64,000 nt of DNA, taken from positions 13,454,001 through 13,518,000 of the forward strand of contig CM114271.1 in assembly GCA_050084515.1 (NCBI GenBank). The letters run 5' to 3'. Position numbers and translations under genes: made by a program. The DNA is from Blasia pusilla (lineage: Eukaryota). The notes beneath the pieces were generated by a model, which was not told where the DNA came from, ran no database searches, and saw only the letters and a program-made list of their open reading frames with translations. Of the stretch, positions 40,201 to 51,842 are shown piece by piece; position 1 is the first letter of the stretch; the number at the start of each line of letters is the position of its first letter.

Positions 40201-43200
40201 CCAGTACAGTTTAGGTTGAACAGAATCAGTAAGATATTAGCAATCTCTTTGAGAATAAAACAATGATGGTGTTTCTTGTTCAAACTAATTGCAGTGTGGA
40301 GTGGATTACGGATGATGCGAAAGGAAAAGTAGAGTTTATTTCTGCCTCTGGTTTACAAGCATCCGCTGAGGTGTATAACAACTATGGCCAGAAGGTGGGA
40401 GAGAAGTTACTCGCATTTTCCATGATATGAGCACTCGCATTAAGAAAACCGTTGTTCTATGCTCAAGAGAAAATATCTCTTGTATTGCAACCCCAATTAC
40501 TGTTTAGCAGACTAACTCACCTTTGCTTTTCATATACCATCTGATCAATGTTTAGTCTCCATTCCCCAGAATGAAACTGAGACAAAAGTGTAGAGCTGGT
40601 GAGTTGCGGTCAAGGAAGTTTGATTGGTGTATACCTCCCTATCCCAGTAATCTGTAAAGATGTCCAGCCTAATTGTTGCACCGGATGGAGTATGGTGGAG
40701 GTTTTGGGTAATGTGTTCATATTATGTTAGAGCCTGCTAAGCACATTCTGAAAACCCACTTTTAACAAGAAACATTTGCAACTAATCTATCCAGGCAAAC
40801 GACGAACTCTTGCAAGGGTATGGTTTCTGTTTGTATCCAAATCCTGCAGATGTGTACTACATTCGTATCGGATTATCGTCACAGCAAGGAGATTCTGTAG
40901 CTGGTCTACCTTCACCTGAATCTGAAGAGTCATACAGTTCTCAAAATAGACCAGATCTTCTGTGGAGGATGGGCACGCCTGCCGAGTTTGAGTTGACTCT
41001 CAAATCATCTCTTCCAACAGCACTCCTTGAAACTGCAAGGCTCTGTCTACTCTCAGACCCTGATCTGTATGCTGCAACTGGCATAGGCTGGAGTTCTACC
41101 GCCAGCACTTCTCCTTTGAGGGTAAGAATCCCAATTGCTTAATGGTTTTTGTGGCTAATCTACATCATCATCCAAAGATGGCATGACACTGTAGGCTTTT
41201 TAAGTTGTGATTGAGGTCTGAGGTATTTTGATTGGAAAGGTTTCTGGGAATGGATGATGGTATATTCCAGTCCTGGTCTGTCAATCTTCAGGAGGAAAAA
41301 TGTATTTTCTGTGATTTCTACTTCGTTCTTATACTTCTATCTTCTGTACTTCCAGATATCAGATACAGACTTTAAAGTGATTTCAAACTTAAGGCAGATG
41401 CTGGTGACCTCTATTAAACAGCTTGCTGGTGGTTCAAGTTTAGAGGAAGACAGAGAAATCTTATTTGACATAAGAGAACAGGATGGAGGCAATGCTCCAA
41501 AAGATGACACTTCTCTTTCTGATGGGGCAAAATTTGGAGTGATGTACAGACTTGGGCAAAAGGTAAGAGTACTTTCTCACTACTGAAATGAAGTTCATTT
41601 CCATGGTGGATTTATCTATCACTGTATGTGATCTCCAGCTTGTTGTACAATGACTGATTCTTGTCCTTTCCACTTTGTAATTTCTTGAATATGCAGAATT
41701 AACCAAGCCCAAATGCAGTCATTAATCTGTTGAGATGCGTAAAGAATTTGGCACATAACCATGAGCCCTAAAAGCCTCTTTCAAAGAAATATGTCTGAAA
41801 GATAATTCAAAATCGCTGAAAGATAATTCGCATGTCTGAAAGATAATTCTCAGATTATTGTGTTGTGATAGGCGAATTTACAGATAATTCAAAATTTTAT
41901 GTTGAGTATTACTTATCCAATTGGATTCCTTGATCATGTACGTTCCTCTATCTGGAGAAGGGATTTTCATTTGATACACATGTTGTCCCTCTGCAGGAAA
42001 TTATTCATGCCACTCTGCAGGCTCTTTCAGATCGTGCAGCCTCACTGATGGAAGTATGCCAGGTCTGTTTTATCTAAGCATGCATGTTGTGATGGTACAA
42101 TTTGGTATTCCAAGTCTCTTCAAACAACTCTTCAAGAAGAGCATGCGCACTGTTTTGTGTGGAGACTTAATCATCTCAAATTCTGACAGGTTTTTGCAAC
42201 AAGATGATGTAATACAGCTTTAGGGTTGTTTTTTGACATTGTATTCAAATAGACTGCAATGTCAACAACCACCAAAAAAGCCAAGCCGCTCTTTAGATTC
42301 CTGTCTGAATAACTTCATTTCAGTCAAGGAGGGATTAGATGGGACTCAACAATCCACTAGAATCAAGAAGAATTAACCAATGTGGGATCTCTCAGATTGG
42401 AAGAAAACAGTTTTCAATCGTGTTTTTCTCTGTATTGTTTGTTGCTAAAAATCCATTTGTCGAGCAGCAGGTTCAAGGCGTTCAATCATGTTCCTCAACT
42501 GAGGATATTTTTCCAGAAGCTTTGGAAGCCACCATTAATTACCAAAAGTGGCTGGAGAATAATGGAGTGACAGAAACACACGTTTGTGAAGTTGTAGTTG
42601 ATGATGTAGATCAATCATATCTGTTCTTGAGGAAGCACGTTGTACCCGGTAATCTTAAACTTTACCAATATGAATTTCATTTTTTCCCCCATCCTTCTTT
42701 TACTGTTCACTTTCGACCATGTTACAATGATAGCGATGCTATTATTTGCAGTCACCTGTATCTAAATCATAGCCTTGCAAATGATTTATTTTTAGTCTCA
42801 CTTGCATGCTGGTAGTAGCATTGCTCCCGTATGTCATGTTGTGTGATCTTCTAGCAGATAACACCATTTCATAAATATCATCGAGATAGAACTTCTAATA
42901 ATTTTATAATACAGGTGAGGTGCTAACTTCTGTTCCTCAACGCTTGCTGCTATGTACTGGAATCGTCCAAATGCCTCCACACCCCTTAAGAGAACTGCTC
43001 CTGGAGGTAACCGTGCTTCCCCTTGTCTATGTGATCATCACTAATCTTAGTGGACATGATTGTACTAAACAACAAAGCTGAAAACGCAACTCCAAAATCT
43101 CTTGCTTTTTGAAGTGTTAATTGCGTCCCTAGAAATTTAATTCAGACTCGAGAGTGGCGGTGCAGGAATATTTGACTGTCTTTCATATCCTACCTAAATG

Positions 43201-46200
43201 ATATGTTGTATTACTTGCAGATGGGGACCTTTGATGAAAGTACCATACTGAAACTTATGCTTTTATACGAGTTTGGAAAGGGTGGTGACTCTCTTTTGGC
43301 TCCTTACATCAAGCAACTAGTGAATCGCATCCATGTTCCAGTTAAGTGCTCGATGGAAATACTCAAGATTGGAGCTCCATAATCTAAAATACATAACACT
43401 TAGTCTCACTAAACAAACCAGATGTTTCAACAAGAATAGAAAGAGAAGAATACATATCTAGGGACCAACTGCATCCACTGCACGTTCATTTCCAATTCTA
43501 CACTAAATCTAATTTATTTTTTTCAAGTACACAGGAATCCATAAAGGTCTTCATCAGCCAATGATAGGATAAAGATCGATCTGAGTAGGTCCCAAAGGAT
43601 ACCATGCAGGCAGTCAAAACCCAGTACACACCAGGCTATTTAACACGCCGAGTGATTTCTATCTTTAGTATACACACATTCCTCCTTATGCACCAATTCC
43701 ACTTACTGGCACATCCAAACAGGGCACAAAGACTAAAGATGTAGGGCTACAACGATCATTAAGTAGTACCAGTCCCATGGGAAGGAATGTCATCAGGACG
43801 TCCATGTTATTTCTTCATCTCATACAATCAGATGGCCTTAAGATAGTTTGTTTAACCCTTGGAACGAAATTTGGAGAGAAAGATTCCATCAGAATATTAC
43901 AGGGGACAGGAAAAGGTCATCAGGAAACAACCAGCATTCAAGGAGTCATACGTCATTACAACTACAACCAACCAGTAAAAAAGCAAAGGGAGAGACAAAG
44001 TCTATATTAGGTGATTTCTGAGAGGTCACAAGAAATATTGGTCCTAAAGCTCTGAACATGGGGATAGACTGGAGCCATATTACACACTCTTTGACAGCAA
44101 CAACAATTTGGAATTCCACTACAAGAGCTGGAACAGTCGAATTAAATACCTAACCTTGCTGTCACTTTCTGAAACTGCTCCTAGACCTAAGTCCCATCAT
44201 AGAGACTCATTGGACCGTCATCATGACTGGGTTGGTTTTAAATTCTCGTCTCGCTTCTTCTTCCATGGACATAGATGAAACTACCGATCAATCAACCTCT
44301 TTTCAATTATCCGGTCTTACCACCAGAACCTATAGACCTCCACAGTCGTTTTTCTTGGTCAGGGTTGTTGTAGCTGTAGATGTTCATCATGCAGAGCCTG
44401 TTCTTATAGTGTTGAAAGAAGAGGTGGTGTAATTTCTATGAGAGAACTTCTGGACAGTATCTGAAGGAAAACTCAAGTATGTTCTTCAAACGCCAAATCC
44501 CCCACTGCTTCCTCTTAACTCCATACCCCAACCTCCACTGCATGGCTAAGATTATAACATCGGGCATCTCAATGAAGTACACAGTCAATTTATCCTTCAA
44601 ATATTGTGGGATGATAGATATGAACAGTAGACTTCTATGTGACATTTCAACTGTTTAAACTCTTGGAACAACTCTTCAGCATATTTGGATCTGGATTTTT
44701 GGAAATAAACTACTCAATCTGCCTTGTTTATGGGGAATGCCAGGTCTATAGTGACGACGACATACAATTACTACAAGGGACAAATCTTTTGGAGCCGTTA
44801 TCAGAGCGTATCCAATTCTATGTTTGCCTTTAAACCAGACTCTATTAATTATTGTCTTTGGGCAAAGATGCAGTTTTCTTCATGTTGTTAAACATCTGGA
44901 AGTCCATCCTTGATACCAACTAATCATGACTCTTGAATTCTATCAGAATGAGAAGATTCAGCCTCTTGCCAATCACCATCAACTAGAACTCAGCTGTGAG
45001 GTTAATGTTCAGAATTGACCCTAAGTTGAAGAATAGCCCGAGATCAGGAGCATGCTTGTGTATGAAGACCTCCTTTGTGTGTTTTGTGCATTCATGTTGG
45101 TTGCAGTCTTCTAGGGGAATGATGGCTAAAAATATACTGCTCGATATTTCCAGATTCTCACCTTTGAACGATGGTTATGGGCACACGCTGTGGTAGAAAA
45201 GCATGCTCATCGAGTAGGACTAGACATCCATCCAAGAGTAAAATCTTCCTGTGGACTTGGTGCAAAAAGTCCCGTACTAGCTCTGGCACCACTCCTCAGC
45301 TCTCTACCTTCTTCACTCAACGGAGCTGCTGTGGAGGTTGTCTTCGAGCATAGCTCAGGCACTCTTCTTTTGCGCTCCCTCTGCTCATTAAAGGTTTGTT
45401 ACAAGTTCTCTTTCAAGGATCCATCCCATGCATACTTTTTAAATGTGAAGCTCATTCTTCTTTGTACTCCAGATCTCAAAAGCCTAATGCCACAAATTTC
45501 ATGTCATGTCCTTAGTCGGCCTTGTCTGCTCTCAACACTACTTACCTGGATAGTCAATTAAACCTGTTCTAGTAGCCTGAGAGCAGGGTTGAGGTTGCTC
45601 CAAATAACAACTTGAAGGTGATGACTTTCCAGGTACTCTTGAATGAGTCTTTTACCGAAATCTGTATCTTACCCTTCCTTACAAGCTCAAACTGACCTGA
45701 AGCATCATGTTTGAATGTACAGCCTTCTCTGTCTGTTGAATTCCAGGGGATCACATGGGAGGCTGAATTCACGACCCATGAAATGAGCCAGTCTGCATAG
45801 GAGAAGATGGAAGGCTCTCCAGTTATCCTGGACCCATGTCAAACCATGTAATTGCAGCGCCTCTGGGAGTTGGGTCTGCTCTGAACACTGACACCAAAGA
45901 TGCGTGGTCTGTGCAGGCTGGCTGGTTCCTCCAGGTACCTGAAGCTGTATTAGATAATGAGACACTTATACTAAAGGTACTCTTTTTCTCGGCGATTTTC
46001 ATTCATCAAGTTGTTTTCTAAGGACTTGTTTCATGGCACCAGTGACAATCTATCATGCATGTCCCAAGAGCGGCGTTATGCGGTGATTTAACCATTGCTC
46101 CTGAATGTGTCCGTCTACAGTGTGCAGCAGAGTCTGCTTCCTTAGATAATCAACATGATGTCATCGAAGTTTGCTTTGGGTCAGAACCGGGTGATGTATT

Positions 46201-47310
46201 TGCCGGTGAGAGGCGCAACTGTTAAATCCTATAATGTGTGACTGTAAGATGCTCTCAAGTGCAAATCATATCAAAGAGTTTGCATTACACTTGCATCAAC
46301 TGTTTCGCACCACTGAACTGCTGCTATCACAAGCTTTGAGAGATGCATTTCCCACACGGATTTGATTGTCCTCTCCGGCCTTCACTGAATGTCATAGATT
46401 GTGCAAATGGGGAAGAAATCTTCATCTCAGCAGTCTTTGAATGATTCTTTATAACTTTGTTCTGTGTGTGTGAGTGCAGAGCTGAAGCAGCGGTTGCTAC
46501 AAGCCTCAGGCTTAGGCATGGTGCATTATTTGAAGGGGACTCCTCAACCTGCACTACCTCTAGCATCTGTTGCCCTTTGTTCGCTAAGTAGCAAATCGGA
46601 ATTTGAACAATGTGGTGCATTTCAGCTACTGGTAATACTTCTCACATATCGTATAGTCTTTCCAGTAACCAAACTCAGACCAAGCACTCGGATAGTGAAC
46701 CGATGACGACATGGTTTTTAAAACGTCGCATGCAGGAATTGGTGCAGAATGCTAAGCTTCTCTCCGCACGTGCGGAACAGAGTTGGTGTGCACTGCGTGG
46801 AGAGGATTCGGGCTGCCTGGAACACCTGGACAAGTATCGTAGGGAGGCAAAAGATGCACATTCCATAGCAACCGCAGCAGCGCTAGAGTTTGTCCAGGAA
46901 CTGCAGTCACCGGCCAGGTGAAGGCAAATAATATCTTCGGGAATCCGCAATTTCGCTTATTAGTATAGCACATGTTCCTGTCCATGCATCGTCGAATTCA
47001 AGACTTGCCCGATTGCCATTCTTGCAGGTACCGAAATGCAGCAGCGTCGCTACGGGAGCTGTTCCGGATCATGCTGAAAAGTATGGCAGGCGCTTCTGCC
47101 AAGGAGGACCTTGAGCTATACGCTTCCATACAAGGAAACCCAATCGGGAGAAAGATTATGCTACCATTGTTGGCATATCAGCATGGGCAGAAGCATATTT
47201 TGGAAGCCTGGCGGTCCTGGCTGAGACCTGTATCGCGAGGAAAGAAGAATTGTAGCCGTGAAAAGAAAAAGATGAGATGTATCAATTCTAAGACCAATTT
47301 CGGCCAGTGA
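37222..47310 (+). CDS. Multi-exon protein with two tandem SET plus Rubisco-LSMT substrate-binding modules (SETD3/LSMT family)
   Basis: About 19 GT-AG exons: ~37222-37350, 37818-37903, 38630-38735 (SFWAPYLASLP..TPLWF), 38848-38983, 39725-39875 (WA..VVQSRAF..MVPLFDLLNHS), 40295-40394 (EVYNNYGQK), 40795-41121 (NDELLQGYGF..NP), 41357-41562 (EED..YRLGQK), 41997-42062, 42471-42648, 42914-43006, 43221-43340, ~44723-44810, 45154-45392, 45917-45976, 46121-46205, 46479-46631, 46736-46917, 47028-47310. Boundaries approximate; first-exon junction unresolved. Confidence 0.85.
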
Positions 47311-47858
47311 GGATTGTAGAATTATAGCTAGACGTCCTGATAATGGGGGCAAGTTTTGGTTCATTTTTTTCACACCTCAGGGGTGTTGCATGTAGTTCAT
47401 CACAATGGCATTTCCCTCATCTTTACATACATCATCACACATGCATCTGCATCATCCATTATATCATCCAATCTTACCATAAACTGGTTTATGAGTTCCA
47501 AAATTGGAAAGTGGGTTGTGAAAGATACTCAATTGTAATGTGTCATTGGTGATTTCCGAGTGGATTGCCACCATCGCGCAGCACTGCGAAACATGTACCA
47601 TTACAGATTTCACCTCCGGGAGAGGATGATCGATTTCTACTTTCGTATCGTTCAAACAGCCGTCATTTCGTCTACATATACACCTAATCTACTTTTGGAA
47701 GGCCGTTCTGCTTTTACGTCTGCCCCTCTAGCTTTGTTCCTCTACTTATAAATTCTGCTGGGAAAGTAAACGTTTGGCGTGCATCTCCTTTCCATGTACA
47801 GAATGCACTCTAAAATTGTGGACAGTCACCATCCTGTTCAGCCCTCCAATTCTTCGAC

Positions 47859-49871
47859 TTAGTCTTTCTTCGATGTTTTGTTGATCAGCGACTTGTGAAT
47901 ATGAGGTATCACTCCTCCGCCTGCGATAGTCCCCTTGATCAATGTATCCAACTCTTCATCTCCTCGTATGGCCAGTTGCAAATGCCTGGGAGTGATACGC
48001 TTAACCTTCAAATCTTTACTGGCATTTCCTGCTAACTCCAACACCTCTGCAGTAAGATACTCAAGTATAGCGGCAGAGTAAACTGCGGCTGTGGCACCAA
48101 CTCTTCCATTGGCAGCCACACGTGACTTCAACAGCCGGTGAATGCGCCCGACCGGAAACTGCATAATGATGCACATTCAAAAAAGTCGTAAGGTTCCGAT
48201 TACTTCGAATCTGAACATTGACGTAATGACTCGCAATACAAATACACGGATGGCTGTACTTCAGAGACACCAATCGAAGTTACAAATGGAAAGAGAACGT
48301 GCTAATCACTTTCTTCCAGACAACTCTAGAGTAAACAGATAAACACTAGGAGATCTAGAGATCACTCACACTAATGAATTTCGAAAACAGTGTGCACAGC
48401 TCCGCTAAGCTCATAGACCACCACACTACCTATCTACAGAGAGGAGGCACGACTGACACCGTACCCAACAGAGGAGGATAGAAAGACATCACCACGGCAC
48501 GTGGTATCCCTTGCGACTCAGAGTCAAAGACCACGGCGCGCTTCAGAACTACCAGACACGGACTTGGCAATCGGTCAGACAACCTCAAAACCAGATCACG
48601 GCGCACGAGGCTTACGACATCCGACTGGAGATTGACACAAAGGTTCGAAGAAAATTGTCCACATTCTCGGCTGTGCCAAAACTCTATCCTCGTAACGAAA
48701 AATCCGCTTACTACCAGTCATTGCTAAAACATGAGTAATCCAGAGAAAGCTCCAATTTCCTTCAGACTAAGTGAAATCAGGCAAATAGACTTCCCGCATG
48801 ACCTTGCGAGGCGAGATGTGACTTCAGGGGTGTAGTTTCACCGACAAAAATGGCGCTGGCCAATGGAATATGTGCACGGACAGCGATGATCAAATGGTCA
48901 CATTTTGCAGGTGTTACGCAAAAACCGAGCGCTTCAGTTGCAGGAGAATACACTAGAATTTGCGATGACGCTCCATGCATCCACTGAATGATACAACACA
49001 TAAAATGAAATGGCAGGGAAGGATATTTGGACAAATTCCTTTGCAAATATTATTGATAATTGAGACAGGTATTCCGGTCTGCACATGGCAGGATACTTGT
49101 AGGTTTACCAGTTCCCAGAGCCTTAATCCACGGTACGTATTTTTAAGCGTAGGCTGGGCATCCAAGACCCGGTCACCAGAACTACTTCGCGGTAGAACCT
49201 AGCAAGTTTGACGAGACGACAAATGTCGCTATAGCCAACTGGTCTTTTACTCTTGGATGTTCGGTGCCTATGCTGCCACGCAGCCTCATTGTTCCCTCTA
49301 GCGGTAAGCGATACTAATCAGTTGCTTCTCCTCAAGTGGCCAAGAGAGAACAAAATTCCAGCTACAAATATCTGTAATGTATTTTGATATAATCCTTAGC
49401 ACGACTCAAACAGAGGCACCTCGACTTACGTAAGCTGAGAGAGCAACTTGTAAGGAAGAAGAGCAGCTCTAAAAGAAATAAGGTTCCTTTGTAACTCGTA
49501 AAGCTAAAAAACCCCAACGTGAACGCAAGAGATAGAACCGTTACGACACATAAACAATGACAACTGACCGCAAAAGTCAAAAATCTGCATTGACTTCCTC
49601 CCGCTTACACAAGAGGGGCTCATGCCTTCGCAGGAGTCGAGGATGGTGAACTTGTGAAACCTCTAAAGGTTGGCAGTTTGGAAGAAAACGAAAGATGTCC
49701 AGGTACAGAACCACGATGTCAGCATAAAATAGAGCTGAGGCACACCTGCAAGCCGGCTCGAGAGGACCTCGACACAGGTTTCTTTTTGTCCTTCTTGTCC
49801 CCTGCGTCCTGAGACTTCCCAAGTAGCAAGCCCTTCGCCCCTTTACCCGACTGATTTCCTCCTACCACCAT
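47859..49871 (-). CDS. H2A.Z: Histone variant H2A.Z, 141 aa, two coding exons (49871-49746, 48158-47859)
   Basis: [19 protein letters not shown]...[21 protein letters not shown]...[43 protein letters not shown]; phase-0 GT-AG intron; probable 5' UTR intron about 49894-50460. Confidence 0.97.
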
Positions 49872-50459
49872 GTTCTCTGAACTGAGGCACACACTGCAGA
49901 AGAAAATCGAATTTTAAAAGACTATTCCAAGATCGTGTATGCCCGAAGAACTCAGAGAAACAATTCAGAGAAAGAAGACGCGAAGGAACAACGGGACGTT
50001 GGATGAGAAAGCCTAGAGGATTTTATGACAAGAGAAACATATCCCAGAACAGCGTAACTGTTGATCCACGGGAAAACAAATGTACGAAAGAGATATTTCC
50101 AGGGGTGGACGAGTTCGATCCGTCAAAATAGACGCACGATATGACACTCGTTTTGTTGAACACGAAGGATAGGGACAGCAGGTTGGCAATTAGATACTTC
50201 GGCCACAAACAAAACTGGAAGGAAAAGGACGCGAGTTAAAGACGTGGACACTACCAGGGACGTTGCTCCCAGAGGACTGTAGCACATGGAGCAAGGCAAG
50301 GCGGCGGGGGCCCGGGTTGACGAAAGAAGAGGGAGGCTTACACCACAAATACCAAACCGACCGCTACAGAGCTTCGAGCGCGGAAGACCACACAGGGGGG
50401 CAGAAGCTGAACTACGGCCTGAGGTGATAATCGGGAGTGGAGGGAAGCTGGAAAGATAC

Positions 50460-51420
50460 CTCGAGGCAGCGATAACAGAGAAAATTCAAAAGTTGAAATG
50501 ACGGCAGGCAAGAACCCGCGCACGCAGATGACACGAGTAGAGACGAGAGATGGATCGCTTGCGGGGAACAAAGCCCAGCAGAGCCCGCTAAAGGAAGCAA
50601 GAGCGCGAGGGCGCGCGTTGCTGCTGCAGCGATGCGCCGAGCCGCAATAAGGAGACGCAAAGAAAGAAACGAAGTGAGCCGCGAGCGAGCGTGGCAGACG
50701 CTTGAAAAGGGGGGAAGCAATAGAGTGGTAGGCTGGCTGGCTACGCTGCCTTGCTTTGCCCTGCGCTGCGCGGGGAGAGCGGGTGGACGAGCGGACGGAC
50801 GGAGTAGTTCCCGCAACAACGACTAGAAAAAGAAAGCTGCCACTGCACACACAGACAACACCACCTCACAAGAGAAGAGACACAACAGACGAGAGATGCT
50901 TGCGCTGCTCCCCTTCCGCCGTGCCCTCGATCTCGAGTGTGCTTCCCTCCTTCCCTCTCTCCCTCCCCGAGACCAGGTGACCAGCTTCAACAACACCAGC
51001 AAAGGGGGGGAGCTACATCCCGCCTGTTAGTTAAACGCATGGACAGACAATCTCGCGGCGCGAGCCCGTCACCTGGAACACGTGGCAGAATCGTATTAAC
51101 TCCTCGATGGACAGGAACCTGGCAGCGAAACCACACACAGGAGAACGCAGTCTGCTAGGCGACAAATTTGAGCCTAGCGCGGTACCCACGCGAGCCGGTT
51201 TAGCCCACCACAGGTTTTGAAGCCTTGTCGACGTGTCACTGCACAATTCCATTTCAGAACAATCAAAGGAACCACGTCCTGTGCGGGACTGACGACGTCG
51301 CAGGACAACGCGAACCGGTACTATCGGTATCCGGTATCCAGCTGAGTGCGACCAGACGAGCGTTGCCGGAAATCGTAGGACCCAACGGACAAATGCTGTC
51401 GCCACCAGGGACCGATGGAT
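50460..51420 (-). promoter_or_regulatory. GC/CpG-rich 5' UTR and promoter region of H2A.Z
   Basis: CpG-retaining GC-rich stretch upstream of the 5' UTR intron donor (GAG|GTATC at about 50460). TSS not located. Confidence 0.5.
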
Positions 51421-51842
51421 GGAGATCGGACGGTTTTTAAATTCTGCGATTTGGAATTTGAGATTATGGTGAAAGGCGCCATTTTTTCAAGAGTGCTTCT
51501 TACCGCTCAAAGGAAAGCGATCATGATCAAGCTTCCATTAAATCTGCCTTCTCGTCCCTCAATCTAGTGACCCTCTCGTAATAGTGAGGCCACTACTCCA
51601 AAAGGTAGATATTTTGGATCACGTTTTAGATATGGTGGATAGATGATGGTTGCATTAGATTATTAGCACAGTAAAGTCAATTTTTTTGCCATCTATGTTA
51701 TTTATGAAACACATGGGAGTTATTAGGAATAAAGGATAAAATAGTGTGCGGCCTTGAAAAGCTTTGTCATAACCGGTGTAAGAAAAATGGTGAAAATTGA
51801 CTTGTAGGTATAAATGATTGTATTTGCAACAAAAAGGAGCAA

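Noticed and set aside
46610-46735. Apparent frameshift in the SET gene
   Set aside because: Resolved by a phase-0 GT-AG intron at about 46632-46735.
50286-51440. Several 60-170 aa ORFs upstream of H2A.Z
   Set aside because: GC-rich promoter/UTR sequence is stop-poor; no recognisable domains.
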